Shown here: in pieces, positions 1-10,521 of the stretch
How positions within the stretch are numbered: the stretch's first letter is position 1
Layout of the letters: every line of letters starts with the position of its first letter
DNA from: Fidelibacterota bacterium
Lineage (GTDB): Bacteria > Fidelibacterota > UBA2242 > JAFGTP01
Reading direction: 5' to 3'
DNA length: 64,000 bases
Assembly: GCA_016934035.1 (NCBI GenBank)
Contig: JAFGTP010000054.1
Location: forward strand, 14,778-78,777
Program-made: the position numbers and the translations under genes
Notes under the pieces: model-generated
Seen by the model: the letters and a program-made list of their open reading frames with translations, nothing else
Databases searched by the model: none
What the model was told of the DNA's origin: nothing

Positions 1-129
1 CAGCCATTTTCCCAGCAAGGCGATGCCGATATTGGGGCTGTCGATGTAAGCATCCCCGGTTATCAAAATAATATCTAAGGCATGCCACCCCAGGGTCACC
101 ATTTCTTCTCTGGTAACAGGCAAGAACAT
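1..129 (-). CDS. YgiQ/UPF0313-family radical SAM protein, N-terminal fragment (runs off window start)
   Basis: Not in ORF track. Manual translation MFLPVTREEMVTLGWHALDIILITGDAYIDSPNIGIALLGKWL matches the family N-terminus (FLP..R.EM..LGW...D.I..TGDAY.D). Start overlaps the upstream stop (TAATG). Confidence 0.85.
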   Translation of the reverse strand, partial: MFLPVTREEMVTLGWHALDIILITGDAYIDSPNIGIALLGKWL

Positions 130-1385
130 TATTTAGTTCCTATTGCTTTTCCTGCCACATATCCCGTAGAAAATGCCGCCTGTAAATTGTAACCCCCTGT
201 TTTCGCATCGATATCCAGCAATTCCCCTACAATATATAAATTCGAAAGAAGTTTCGATTCCATAGTGACCGGGTTTATCTCCTTCAGGTTAACCCCGCCC
301 GACGTAACTATTGCCTCTGCAATCGGCCGATATCCCGTTATTTTGATTTGAAAATTTTTTAGCCAGGCTTCTAATCTTTTTCTTTGTTCAGCTGTAAACT
401 GGGTACATTTTGTAGCTTTATCAATTTTCATTTCTTCCATGTAAAAATCAGCCAGTTTACCAGGTAACAGCTTTTTTAAAAGGTGAATAATTTCCCTGGA
501 CCCTAATTGTTTAATTTCACGAATTATTCTGTTTTTTAATTGTATATTATCCAATGCCGGTTTGAGATCAATAGATAATTCAATTTTTTCTTTTTTTTCC
601 ACAGCCTTCACCACCTTTGTTGACATTGTCAGAATGACCGGACCATCAACACCGAAATCCGTAAAATCTAATTCTCCGAATTCCTCACATACTTTTTTAT
701 TATTGGACCAAAGGATTGCTTTTATATTTTTCAACTTTAAGTCTTTTAAAATTAAACTTCGACTGTCCGTTGTTAACGGTACAAGCGCCGGTTTTGGTTG
801 AACAATATTATGACCCAGTTTTTCCGCCAATTGATATCCGTCTCCAGTAGAGCCCGTACGAGGGTAGGATAATCCACCGGTGGCCAGGACAATATTTTTG
901 CAGGGTTGATTGAAAACCTTGTTTTGAAAGCGATATTTTACCGCCTCAACTTTATCTTTGCTTCTGACAATTTCCAATATTTCAACGTTATTTAATAAAA
1001 CCCCACCGGTGGTTCGCACCCAGTCTTTTAAGATACCCACCACTTCCAGTGCTTTATCACTGACTGGAAAAACACGATTACCCCGCTCAACCTTTGTTTT
1101 TAATCCTTTGGTCTGAAAAAAGTCAATTAACTGACGGCTACTCCATTCATGTAAGGCATATTTTAGAAATCGTCCCCCGGAATTGAATTTTTCTATTATT
1201 TCATTGACATCTGAAAGATTGGTTAGATTACAGCGGCCTTTGCCGGTAATGCCAAGTTTCAAACAAGGTTTTGACATTTTTTCTAAAATCATCACCTCTT
1301 TGCCTTTTTCCGCTATGGTGCCGGCAGCCATCATTCCTGACGGTCCTGCTCCGATAATAATACAATCAATCACATTCTTTTTCAT
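129..1385 (-). CDS. HI0933/YhiN-family NAD(P)/FAD-dependent flavoprotein
   Basis: GAGPSG FAD motif, GKGRCNLTN, ATGGLSYPRTGSTGDG, TSGGV and TGGYNLQAAFSTG motifs. Confidence 0.9.
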   Translation of the reverse strand: MKKNVIDCIIIGAGPSGMMAAGTIAEKGKEVMILEKMSKPCLKLGITGKGRCNLTNLSDVNEIIEKFNSGGRFLKYALHEWSSRQLIDFFQTKGLKTKVERGNRVFPVSDKALEVVGILKDWVRTTGGVLLNNVEILEIVRSKDKVEAVKYRFQNKVFNQPCKNIVLATGGLSYPRTGSTGDGYQLAEKLGHNIVQPKPALVPLTTDSRSLILKDLKLKNIKAILWSNNKKVCEEFGELDFTDFGVDGPVILTMSTKVVKAVEKKEKIELSIDLKPALDNIQLKNRIIREIKQLGSREIIHLLKKLLPGKLADFYMEEMKIDKATKCTQFTAEQRKRLEAWLKNFQIKITGYRPIAEAIVTSGGVNLKEINPVTMESKLLSNLYIVGELLDIDAKTGGYNLQAAFSTGYVAGKAIGTK

Positions 1386-1512
1386 CAGGTCTAATATAAC
1401 GATTTTCTCTGTGATAAATTCAATACAATAAATTCTTTGGAAAAAAATTTTTTAATAATAAATTACGAGGCTTTATTATTTTGTAAAAATAGAAGAAATA
1501 TAGAGGAACATC

Positions 1513-1647
1513 ATGAAAAGAACATTTCAGCCAAGCAATAGGAAACAGAAAAACAAACATGGTTTTCGTGAAAGAATGAGCACAAAAAATGGACGTAAAG
1601 TTCTTGCCAGAAGAAGAGCCAAAGGAAGAGCTGTTCTCAGTAAATAG
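1513..1647 (+). CDS. rpmH: 50S ribosomal protein L34
   Basis: Not in ORF track. [44 protein letters not shown] (44 aa), with GAGG SD upstream. Confidence 0.98.
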   Translation: MKRTFQPSNRKQKNKHGFRERMSTKNGRKVLARRRAKGRAVLSK

Positions 1648-1981
1648 GAATTTACCCAAAGCTGAAAAGAAATTTACCTGGAACCAGCGAAACCGCATTA
1701 TTAAGGAAGGTAAATCTTTTAAATACAAAACGATTATCTTTTCGGTCGCAAAACAAGAAAACTGGCAATTAATCATCACGCTTAAAAGTTCATTCAAAGG
1801 TGCAATTGCGAGAAACAAAACCAAAAGAATTATCAGAGAGGTTTATAGAAACTGTAAACCTCTTTTTAATTTTCCCTTTGGAATGGTTGTCACGGTTCTA
1901 AACAACCCTGGAAACCTGGATTATCACAAATTAAAACAACAAGTTGTTGCCAACTTTCTTTTGAATCATGAAAATTGTTAA
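1589..1981 (+). CDS. rnpA: ribonuclease P protein component (start codon uncertain, lies inside rpmH)
   Basis: RNR-like motif [17 protein letters not shown]; located between rpmH and yidD. Confidence 0.85.
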   Translation: MDVKFLPEEEPKEELFSVNRNLPKAEKKFTWNQRNRIIKEGKSFKYKTIIFSVAKQENWQLIITLKSSFKGAIARNKTKRIIREVYRNCKPLFNFPFGMVVTVLNNPGNLDYHKLKQQVVANFLLNHENC

Positions 1982-2210
1982 AAACATATTAATCTCTTTA
2001 ATCCGAGGGTACCAACGCTTCATTTCCCCTTTATTTCCCAATACTTGCCGGTTTTACCCGTCCTGTTCCAACTACACCCTTCAAGCACTTCAGACCCATT
2101 CACTTATTTACGCACTATTTTTATCTATCAAACGTATATTAAAATGCAATCCGCTATTCAAAGGCGGAATCGATGAAGTACCATTAAAAAAAGGACATCA
2201 ACATGGATAA
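1968..2210 (+). CDS. yidD: membrane protein insertion efficiency factor YidD
   Basis: [17 protein letters not shown] and RILKCNP motifs; synteny. Confidence 0.95.
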   Translation: MKIVKNILISLIRGYQRFISPLFPNTCRFYPSCSNYTLQALQTHSLIYALFLSIKRILKCNPLFKGGIDEVPLKKGHQHG

Positions 2211-3981
2211 AAAATCATTTCTAGGTTTTTTACTTATTGCAATTATCATTATTTTTTTACCGAAATACTACGAATGGGTCAACCCGGAATATGCCAAAAA
2301 CAAAGCTGCACGGCAAGTCGCCAGACAGGATACATTGTCCACACAGGTTGTCACCGAGTCTGAACTAACAATGCCTGAAACACCTGCGCCAATAATTCAA
2401 CTCAAAAATGTATTTCAAGAAGAAGAATATAAAGTTGAAACTGACATGTTCTATATTACTTTGAGCAATAAAGGAGGAGGCACCTTAAAGTCTCTCAAAC
2501 TAAAGGAACATTTTTTAATTCAAGACAAAGACACTTTGTTAGTTGATCTGATAAATCAGGATCAGGAATACGGTCCCTATCTCAGTATAATTAACGCAGA
2601 AAAAGGAGAGATGGAAAGTCTGTTGTTAAACTTTCAGTTGCAGAACCAGAACGCCAATCAATATCAAGTCACCGGCAACGACTCAATAACACTAACTTTC
2701 TTTCTTGATTTTACTGACAGTGAACAAATTAGTAGGTCCCTAACCTTTTATGGCAATCGGTACTTTATCAATTATGTAAATGATCTTTCAAAAATTGCGA
2801 AAACCATCGCTACAGAAAATTATCGAATTAATTGGACTACGGGTATTTCCTACACTGAAAAAGATCTGGCTGAGGAAAACCGATACAGTGGCGCGTATGC
2901 ACGTACTCAGGCTGATGATATTGAAAAATTTACAATTAAAAAGAACACTAAATCGGGTACGGATTTTTCCGGCAATACAGACTGGGTAGCCATTCGAAGT
3001 AAATATTTTGCCATTGCCATGGTCCCAGCAAAAGCTGCTTCAGGGTATGAACTAAAGGGTGCCGGCACGAATCAAATCCTTACCGATGAAAAAAAACCCA
3101 GATTAATCGTCAAATATGGTATGTCTCTCGATATCCCAAAACATTCTCCTTTAAAAACAACCCTTTACCTTGGACCATTGGACCAATCGGAATTAAAAAA
3201 TCTGGACAAAAATTTGGACAACATCATGAGTTTCGGGTCAGCAATTATTCGCCCCATCAGTAAAGGTGTATTGTGGTTGTTTACCAGTTTATATAAAATT
3301 ATACCCAATTATGGATTTGTTTTGATTGTTTTTTCTATTCTAATCAAAATTCTGCTGCATCCGCTGACCTTGAAATCTACTCAATCCATGAAAGAGATGC
3401 ACAAACTTCAACCCTTAATCGATGAACTCAAGGAAAAGCATAAAGAAAATCCCCAAAAACTCAATCAGGAAACCATGAAACTATATTCCGAACATGGTGT
3501 CAATCCCATGGGTGGTTGTCTGCCGCTTCTCCTGCAAATGCCCATTCTTTTTGCATTATTCACGGTGTTTCGAACAACCATACAATTGAGGCACGCTCCT
3601 TTCATTTTTTGGATTACCGACCTGTCTGCTCCTGATGCATTGTTTGTTTTACCCTTTTCAATCCCCTTTTATGGCCAGAATGTAAACATTTTACCCATGG
3701 TTATGGTAGCATCTCAAATTTTCATGCAAAAAATGTCTGGTCAATCCCAAAATCCACAGCAAAAACAAATGGCCCTCATCATGCCAATTATGTTCTTTTT
3801 TATTTTCAACAATTTTCCTTCCGGACTTAACCTTTATTACACACTTTTCAATATTTTAACCATCATCCAGCAACAATATTTTACGCCTGACCCAAAACCA
3901 AAAGCCAAAAAATCGAACCAACGTAAATCCAGACTGGACCGTATGCGTGAACTTCAATTGAGAAGAAAACAATTCAAATAA
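2203..3981 (+). CDS. yidC: membrane protein insertase YidC
   Basis: N-terminal TM, large periplasmic domain, [16 protein letters not shown] and PSGLNLYY motifs. Confidence 0.96.
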   Translation: MDKKSFLGFLLIAIIIIFLPKYYEWVNPEYAKNKAARQVARQDTLSTQVVTESELTMPETPAPIIQLKNVFQEEEYKVETDMFYITLSNKGGGTLKSLKLKEHFLIQDKDTLLVDLINQDQEYGPYLSIINAEKGEMESLLLNFQLQNQNANQYQVTGNDSITLTFFLDFTDSEQISRSLTFYGNRYFINYVNDLSKIAKTIATENYRINWTTGISYTEKDLAEENRYSGAYARTQADDIEKFTIKKNTKSGTDFSGNTDWVAIRSKYFAIAMVPAKAASGYELKGAGTNQILTDEKKPRLIVKYGMSLDIPKHSPLKTTLYLGPLDQSELKNLDKNLDNIMSFGSAIIRPISKGVLWLFTSLYKIIPNYGFVLIVFSILIKILLHPLTLKSTQSMKEMHKLQPLIDELKEKHKENPQKLNQETMKLYSEHGVNPMGGCLPLLLQMPILFALFTVFRTTIQLRHAPFIFWITDLSAPDALFVLPFSIPFYGQNVNILPMVMVASQIFMQKMSGQSQNPQQKQMALIMPIMFFFIFNNFPSGLNLYYTLFNILTIIQQQYFTPDPKPKAKKSNQRKSRLDRMRELQLRRKQFK

Positions 3982-3983
3982 AA

Positions 3984-5336
3984 ATGGATATTAACCAAAC
4001 TACAATTGTTGCGCTTTCAACACCAACCGGATATGGCGCAATTGGCGTCATTCGGTTATCGGGCCCCGAATCCTTAAATATTGCTGCTTCTTTTTTAAAG
4101 AGGCCTCAACAATTTAAACATAAACAGGTTCGATTTTGCAAACTCTACGATCACGATACTCATCTTGATGATGTGTTAATGACCTATTTTTCCGCCCCCC
4201 GATCTTTTACCGGTGAAGATATGGTAGAAATCAGTAGCCATGGCAGTCCCTATATTATTGAAAGAGTCCTAGAAATATGCATAGATCATGGTGCAACTCT
4301 GGCAGAACCGGGTGAATTTACAAAACGGGCTTATCTAAACGATAAATTCGATCTTGCACAGGCGGAAGGAGTTGATGCGATCATTCATGCCAAAACCAAA
4401 CAGGCCCATGAAACCGCTAAAAACCTCCTAAATGGAAATCTTGGCCAAAAAATACGCAAAATCAAAAACTCAATTATCGATATTATCATTTTGCTGGAAC
4501 TGGAACTTGATTTTTCTGATCAGGAGATTGAGTTTACACAACACTCTGTTATTTTTGATAAACTAAGTATTATTCAAAATGAAATCTTGAATTTAATAAA
4601 TAGTTATCATTATGGTAAAATGATAAAAGAGGGTGTGAAAACCGTTCTTATCGGTTCTCCCAACAGTGGTAAATCAAGCCTCATGAATGCTTTTTTAAAT
4701 GAAGAAAGGGTGATTGTTTCTGAAATTCCCGGCACAACACGGGACTCAATTGAAGAATCTATTCGCTGTGGTGGATACCAGTTCAGACTTATCGACACTG
4801 CCGGTATCAGAGATTCTGTTGATGAAATTGAAAATCTCGGCATAGAAAGGTCTTTAAAAGCTCTTGAGAACTCAGATATAAAACTTCTTCTTTTTGATCC
4901 GGCAAACGATAATAAATCCCAATTTTTAAAATATTTAGATAAACAAACGATTGTAGTAGTCAATAAAATTGACCTATATGAACCAAAATTCCTTAATCAA
5001 ACTTATGAAATGTTTTCCGATTTTCAGCATATCGGAATTTCTGCAAAATACCATCAAAATATCCATCAATTAGCTGATTTAATGGTTGATATCATCAAGA
5101 ATAAAGAACCGAAAAACAGCGACTTATTTATTTCCATACATCGTCATTTACAAGCGTTAGAAAAAACAGCCAAGGAACTACAAAACACTCTTGACAGCAT
5201 TCATTCAGGAAATCCATCTGAACTTATCGTTACTGATTTACGTTTTGCCCTAAATAGTTTAGATGAAATTTTAGGCAAAACAACTGATGATGACATCTTA
5301 AACAAAATTTTTAAAAATTTTTGCATCGGTAAATAA
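3984..5336 (+). CDS. mnmE: tRNA modification GTPase MnmE
   Basis: GSPNSGKSS, GTTRD, DTAG, NKID and C-terminal FCIGK. Confidence 0.97.
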   Translation: MDINQTTIVALSTPTGYGAIGVIRLSGPESLNIAASFLKRPQQFKHKQVRFCKLYDHDTHLDDVLMTYFSAPRSFTGEDMVEISSHGSPYIIERVLEICIDHGATLAEPGEFTKRAYLNDKFDLAQAEGVDAIIHAKTKQAHETAKNLLNGNLGQKIRKIKNSIIDIIILLELELDFSDQEIEFTQHSVIFDKLSIIQNEILNLINSYHYGKMIKEGVKTVLIGSPNSGKSSLMNAFLNEERVIVSEIPGTTRDSIEESIRCGGYQFRLIDTAGIRDSVDEIENLGIERSLKALENSDIKLLLFDPANDNKSQFLKYLDKQTIVVVNKIDLYEPKFLNQTYEMFSDFQHIGISAKYHQNIHQLADLMVDIIKNKEPKNSDLFISIHRHLQALEKTAKELQNTLDSIHSGNPSELIVTDLRFALNSLDEILGKTTDDDILNKIFKNFCIGK

Positions 5337-5343
5337 TGAAAAA

Positions 5344-5359
5344 GGTTTCACGTGAAACA
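5344..5359. other. parS centromere-like site (15/16 match)
   Basis: GGTTTCACGTGAAACA versus consensus TGTTTCACGTGAAACA; contains the GTG start of mnmG. Confidence 0.85.
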
Positions 5360-7238
5360 AACTTTTTATGATATAATAGTTGTGGGCGGCGGTCATGCCG
5401 GCGCCGAAGCATCCCTGGCTGCAGCCCGGCTTGGAAATTCCACCTTATTAATTACATTGGACAAAAATAAAATCTCAACTATGTCCTGCAACCCGGCAAT
5501 CGGTGGTCTTGCAAAAGGCCATCTTGTAGCCGAAATTGATGCTCTGGGCGGGGAGATGGGCAAAATAATAGATCAAACCGGAATTCAATTTAAAATTCTC
5601 AACCAATCCAAAGGACGTGCAGTATGGTCACCGCGGGCACAAGCTGACAAGATTCAATATTCAGCTCTTATGTCCCAGGTTGTCAACAACACTGAAAATT
5701 TAGATGTACTGGAAGATTTGGCCATTGAAGTCAATGTTAATAACCATCAAATCAACTCTGTTACAACAGAGATAAATGGTATAATCTCATGTAAAGCATT
5801 AATTTTAACTTGCGGAACTTTTTTAAATGGTCTCATTCATATTGGGACCACACAAATACCAGGCGGACGACTTAATGAAAGGTCATCCTATGGTTTAACC
5901 GAATCACTAAACCGCCTTGGAATTCAAAGTGGAAGATTAAAAACCGGAACGCCTCCCCGCATCAGTAAATACTCTATAGATTTTGATAAAATGGAAATTC
6001 AATATGGTGACGAACATCCAACTCCTTTTTCAATTTTTACCAAAAACTTTAATCCACCCAATGAGCCCTGTTTTATTACCCATACCAATGAAAATACTCA
6101 TAAAGTTATTTATGATATTATCGATGATATACCATTGTTTTCCGGTCAAATAAAAGGTGTCGGCCCTCGATATTGTCCTTCCATTGAACTTAAACTAAAA
6201 ATGTTTTCAGAAAAAAAATCACACCAATTATTTATAGAACCTGAGTGGTCAAACGCGGATCAGTATTATATAAACGGTTATGCTACCTCAATTCCCTTCG
6301 ATCAACAGATTCAATCACTTCACACAATCAATGGACTGGAAAAAGCAGAGATTATTCATCCCGGCTATGCCATTGAGTATGATTATTTTCCTCCAGCCCA
6401 ACTATACCGAACATTGGAAACTAAAAAAATTTCAGGCCTCTATCTTGCCGGCCAAATCAATGGCACCTCCGGATATGAAGAAGCAGCAGCGTTGGGATTA
6501 ATGGCCGCCATCAATGCTTCAAGAAAAATTCACAACCTGGACCCACTTATACTCAGCAGGGGTGATGCTTATATCGGTGTTTTAATCGATGATTTAATAA
6601 CCAAAAACCCGGACGAGCCTTACAGAATGTTTACATCTCGAGCCGAATATCGATTATTATTAAGATTTGATAACGCTGACAGACGATTAGGTAAAATTGG
6701 TAACCAGATAGGATTACTATCGCAAAACATCTATTCCGAAATAAACACCCGATCAAAAATTATTCAGAAAACCATAGATTTTCTTAAAACCAATCATTGC
6801 TCTCCAAAAGAGATTAACCCCGTTTTAACTTTAAAAGGAGAAAACTCAATTGACCATGGTTTATCCTATGACAAAATTCTCAAAAGACAAAAGCTTTACC
6901 TAAAAGACATCCTATTTTTACTGGATAAACACTTACAGGCAGAGATTCTTTCGGACACCAAAATTTCAGATCAGGTGGACACTGATATTAAATACGAAGG
7001 TTATATTGATCGAAACATTCAACTTTTGCATTCCATAAAAAAGCAGGAACAAATCAACATTCCCAAAGATTTTGATTATTACGCAATAAAAACAATTACA
7101 AATGAGGCAAAAGAAAAATTAAACTTAATAAAACCAGAAACCCTGGGACAGGCATCCAGAATTCCCGGTGTCACCCCAGCCGATATTACATCACTAACCA
7201 TCCAACTCAAGAAATGTATTGTTTCACGTGAAACATAA
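5352..7238 (+). CDS. mnmG: tRNA uridine-5-carboxymethylaminomethyl modification enzyme MnmG (GidA)
   Basis: [32 protein letters not shown] and [14 protein letters not shown] motifs. Confidence 0.97.
   Translation: MKQTFYDIIVVGGGHAGAEASLAAARLGNSTLLITLDKNKISTMSCNPAIGGLAKGHLVAEIDALGGEMGKIIDQTGIQFKILNQSKGRAVWSPRAQADKIQYSALMSQVVNNTENLDVLEDLAIEVNVNNHQINSVTTEINGIISCKALILTCGTFLNGLIHIGTTQIPGGRLNERSSYGLTESLNRLGIQSGRLKTGTPPRISKYSIDFDKMEIQYGDEHPTPFSIFTKNFNPPNEPCFITHTNENTHKVIYDIIDDIPLFSGQIKGVGPRYCPSIELKLKMFSEKKSHQLFIEPEWSNADQYYINGYATSIPFDQQIQSLHTINGLEKAEIIHPGYAIEYDYFPPAQLYRTLETKKISGLYLAGQINGTSGYEEAAALGLMAAINASRKIHNLDPLILSRGDAYIGVLIDDLITKNPDEPYRMFTSRAEYRLLLRFDNADRRLGKIGNQIGLLSQNIYSEINTRSKIIQKTIDFLKTNHCSPKEINPVLTLKGENSIDHGLSYDKILKRQKLYLKDILFLLDKHLQAEILSDTKISDQVDTDIKYEGYIDRNIQLLHSIKKQEQINIPKDFDYYAIKTITNEAKEKLNLIKPETLGQASRIPGVTPADITSLTIQLKKCIVSRET
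7220..7235. other. parS site (perfect consensus)
   Basis: TGTTTCACGTGAAACA; encodes the last mnmG residues VSRET just before TAA. Confidence 0.92.
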
Positions 7239-7256
7239 AAACAAGCCAACCAGCGA

Positions 7257-10200
7257 GTGTTTCACGTGAAACAGTTTACTGATCTACATAAAGAAATCAT
7301 TCAATTTATCAAGAATTCCTCGGTCTATAAAAAATTTATTGAGAAATACCATCAAAAGGAATCCTTTTCAATATCAGGTCTCGAAGGATCTTCATTCTCA
7401 TTTTTTGTGGCTAATGTGTTTAATTTAAAAGAAAGAGATTTATTAATTTTATGTAAAAACGAAAATGAATCAGAAAAAATACGGGATGATCTGGATTTTA
7501 TTATCGGTGTTGACCAAATCGCATTTTTACCAGATGAAATTGAGACGAATTCTAAAGAAGAAAATCAGATATTTTCATTCTTTCTGAATGATGTCCTGGC
7601 AAAAATTCATACAAACCGTAAAAATATATTTATCACCACAAAAGAAGGTCTCGAATCAAAATTTCCTAATAACGACTTTCTAAGTGAAAATTCCTATATT
7701 CTGAAAATCAATAAAGAAATTGAAAGGGATGAACTCGAGGAAATATTAATGAGTTTTGGCTATAAAAGAGAAGAGATGGTTTTATATCCAAAGGATTTTT
7801 GTGTTAAAGGAAGCATTATTGACTTTTTTCCACCAGACAGAACCTATCCAATAAGAATTGAATTTTTTGACAATATCATCGAATCCATGAGAATTTTTGA
7901 TATTGAAGATCAGATATCAATCAGTCATCTTGAAAAATATATATTAAAACCGCCGGCTGATTCAAAAATAGCCAAAGAAAATGCCACCAGTCTGTTTCAT
8001 TTATTAAAAAAAGATTTACTGGTTATACAAAACAATATTGATGAATTTGATAAGCCCCTGTTTGATACGTTATCCGGATATCAAAAAATTTCAAATTATG
8101 ATTTGTTTGAATCAGATCTAAATTTTGATTTCATCCACCATGATTTGAAAAAAAATGATTTTAAAACATCAAAGGCTTTATTAAATAATTTTGTAAAATT
8201 TCAGGATAAAAAACTTTGTATAATCGGCAATACAGAAGAACAGATTAATAAAATTAATCATTTACTGGAGATAGACCCAATTGAGTATGTAATTGGTAAC
8301 ATTTCTTCTGGTTTTGAATTTTTGGATCATAAATTTATCATTATTCCAGAGCATGAAATTTTTAAAAAGGAAAGACAATCCAGAAGTTTTCGTAATCTAC
8401 CCAAGGATTTTAATATTGAAAAATTTGATATTGATAAAGTGGAGCATGGTGACAAAATGGTCCACGAAGATTACGGAATCGGTGAATTTGAACGTATGGA
8501 AATTATATCGGCATTTGGTGCAGAAAAAGAATGTATAGTCCTGAAATATGCAGGGGATTCCAGGGTCTATGTCCCTATGGACAAAATTTTTAAAGTTAAA
8601 AAATATAAAGCAACCGATGGCATTGAACCCCAATTAACAACACTGAATTCAGGTGAATGGGAAAGAAAAAAATTACGAACAAAGAAATCCCTGGAAAAAA
8701 TAACAAGAGAGTTAATGGAACTCTATGCCAAACGACTGCAAACAAAAGGTTATGCCTTTGAACCCGATACCGAAATTCAGATGGAAATGGAAATGGAATT
8801 TCCCTGGGAGGAAACACCGGATCAAATTTCCGCTACTCAGGAAATAAAAAATGACATGGAATCAGTGAAACCCATGGATCGTTTACTTTGCGGAGATGTT
8901 GGTTTTGGAAAAACTGAAGTAGCCATAAGAGCGGCATTTAAAGCAGTTTCCAACTCCAAGCAAGTTGCCATACTGGTTCCAACGACTATTTTATCAGACC
9001 AACATTTCAAATCCTTTTCAGACAGATTAAGAAATTATCCGGTAAAAATTGAAAAACTATCCAGATTTGTCACTGCAAAATTGCAGAAAACAATCATCAG
9101 AGATATCAGAGAAGGTAAAGTCGATATTGTGATTTCAACTTCAAAAATATTGTCTAAAAACATAGAATTCAAGGATTTAGGTCTATTAATAATTGACGAA
9201 GAACATCAATTTGGTGTCAAACAAAAAGAACACATAAAAAATCTGGCAAAAAACATCGATGTTCTTTCACTAACTGCAACGCCCATTCCTAGGACTTTAC
9301 ATTTTTCACTGATCGGCGCCAGAGATTATTCTCAGATTAATACGCCGCCAAAATTCAGATTGCCAATTATTACTGAGATTATACGTTTCAAAGAAGAAAC
9401 CATCATCAAGGCGGTAAAAAGAGAAATTGAAAGAAATGGTCAAATCTATTTTGTACATAACGAAATACAATCAATTCAACAAGTTTCCATAAAATTGATG
9501 GAAATGTTTCCGGACCTGAAAATTCAGTGGGCTCACGGCCAGATGAAAGAACAGGAACTGGAACCAATAATGTATGATTTCATCAACCAGAAAATTGATA
9601 TTCTGGTAACAACTTCAATTATTGAATCGGGCATAGATATTCCAAATGTTAATACTATTTTCATTAATAATGCGAACCGGTTTGGCTTGGCACAACTTTA
9701 CCAGTTGAGAGGACGAGTCGGACGAACTAACAGAAGGGCCTATTGTTATCTGATAACACCTGGAATTTCAAAATTAAATACTGATGCTGTCAAGAGATTA
9801 AAAACAATTAAAAGATATACATCACTGGGGTCGGGATACAGTATTGCTATGCGGGACTTGGAGATACGAGGTTCCGGAAATGTTTTTGGAGTGGAACAAA
9901 AGGGAAATATACAATCAATTGGCTATGATCTTTATATAAAAATGCTGAAAACTGTAATGAATGAACTAAAGGAAAAAGAATTTAATGAAGAATTAATTGA
10001 TAAAATTTTAAACTCTGATTCAAAACCACCAACAGATATCATTTATCCAAAAGCGGCTTACTTCTCACAGGAATATATCGAAGTCCAATCTCTAAGGCTT
10101 AATTTTTACAAAAGACTGGCTGGTATTCAAAGTGTTGAAGATTTAGAAAATCTAAAAAAAGAGATCATGGACAGATTTGGAGAACCCAATAAGCAGGCCC

Positions 10201-10487
10201 TGCGTTTGTTTGAAATTACAAAAATTAAATATTTTGCTGAACAAATCGGAACCAGACGCATTATATTCAATGGTAATGAAGTAAAACTTGAATTTGATAA
10301 AGTAAATATTTTGGGCGATGATAATCCCAAAATATTTACTTCGATCAGTGAAATTTGCAGCGACCTTGGGGTGAGTTTTAGATTTATTCCTGATGATAAT
10401 TTAAAAATGATATTAAGAATTCCTGAAAAGGAATTAGACAATACAAAACAATTCTTGGATAAACTTTATCAAAAATTTAAGTTATAA
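7257..10487 (+). CDS. mfd: transcription-repair coupling factor Mfd
   Basis: UvrB-like module, CarD-like RID (VHEDYGIG), GDVGFGKT, DEEH, TATPIPRT, QLRGRVGR, TRG motif and TRCF C-terminal domain. Confidence 0.95.
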   Translation: MFHVKQFTDLHKEIIQFIKNSSVYKKFIEKYHQKESFSISGLEGSSFSFFVANVFNLKERDLLILCKNENESEKIRDDLDFIIGVDQIAFLPDEIETNSKEENQIFSFFLNDVLAKIHTNRKNIFITTKEGLESKFPNNDFLSENSYILKINKEIERDELEEILMSFGYKREEMVLYPKDFCVKGSIIDFFPPDRTYPIRIEFFDNIIESMRIFDIEDQISISHLEKYILKPPADSKIAKENATSLFHLLKKDLLVIQNNIDEFDKPLFDTLSGYQKISNYDLFESDLNFDFIHHDLKKNDFKTSKALLNNFVKFQDKKLCIIGNTEEQINKINHLLEIDPIEYVIGNISSGFEFLDHKFIIIPEHEIFKKERQSRSFRNLPKDFNIEKFDIDKVEHGDKMVHEDYGIGEFERMEIISAFGAEKECIVLKYAGDSRVYVPMDKIFKVKKYKATDGIEPQLTTLNSGEWERKKLRTKKSLEKITRELMELYAKRLQTKGYAFEPDTEIQMEMEMEFPWEETPDQISATQEIKNDMESVKPMDRLLCGDVGFGKTEVAIRAAFKAVSNSKQVAILVPTTILSDQHFKSFSDRLRNYPVKIEKLSRFVTAKLQKTIIRDIREGKVDIVISTSKILSKNIEFKDLGLLIIDEEHQFGVKQKEHIKNLAKNIDVLSLTATPIPRTLHFSLIGARDYSQINTPPKFRLPIITEIIRFKEETIIKAVKREIERNGQIYFVHNEIQSIQQVSIKLMEMFPDLKIQWAHGQMKEQELEPIMYDFINQKIDILVTTSIIESGIDIPNVNTIFINNANRFGLAQLYQLRGRVGRTNRRAYCYLITPGISKLNTDAVKRLKTIKRYTSLGSGYSIAMRDLEIRGSGNVFGVEQKGNIQSIGYDLYIKMLKTVMNELKEKEFNEELIDKILNSDSKPPTDIIYPKAAYFSQEYIEVQSLRLNFYKRLAGIQSVEDLENLKKEIMDRFGEPNKQALRLFEITKIKYFAEQIGTRRIIFNGNEVKLEFDKVNILGDDNPKIFTSISEICSDLGVSFRFIPDDNLKMILRIPEKELDNTKQFLDKLYQKFKL
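7258..7273. other. parS site (perfect consensus)
   Basis: TGTTTCACGTGAAACA; overlaps both candidate GTG starts of mfd (7257 and 7266). Confidence 0.92.
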
Positions 10488-10521
10488 AGAAATATATTAG
10501 AAAAATCAAGGGAGCATTGAA

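Noticed and set aside
1386-1512. oriC upstream of rpmH, the canonical location
   Set aside because: AT-rich but no convincing cluster of DnaA boxes.
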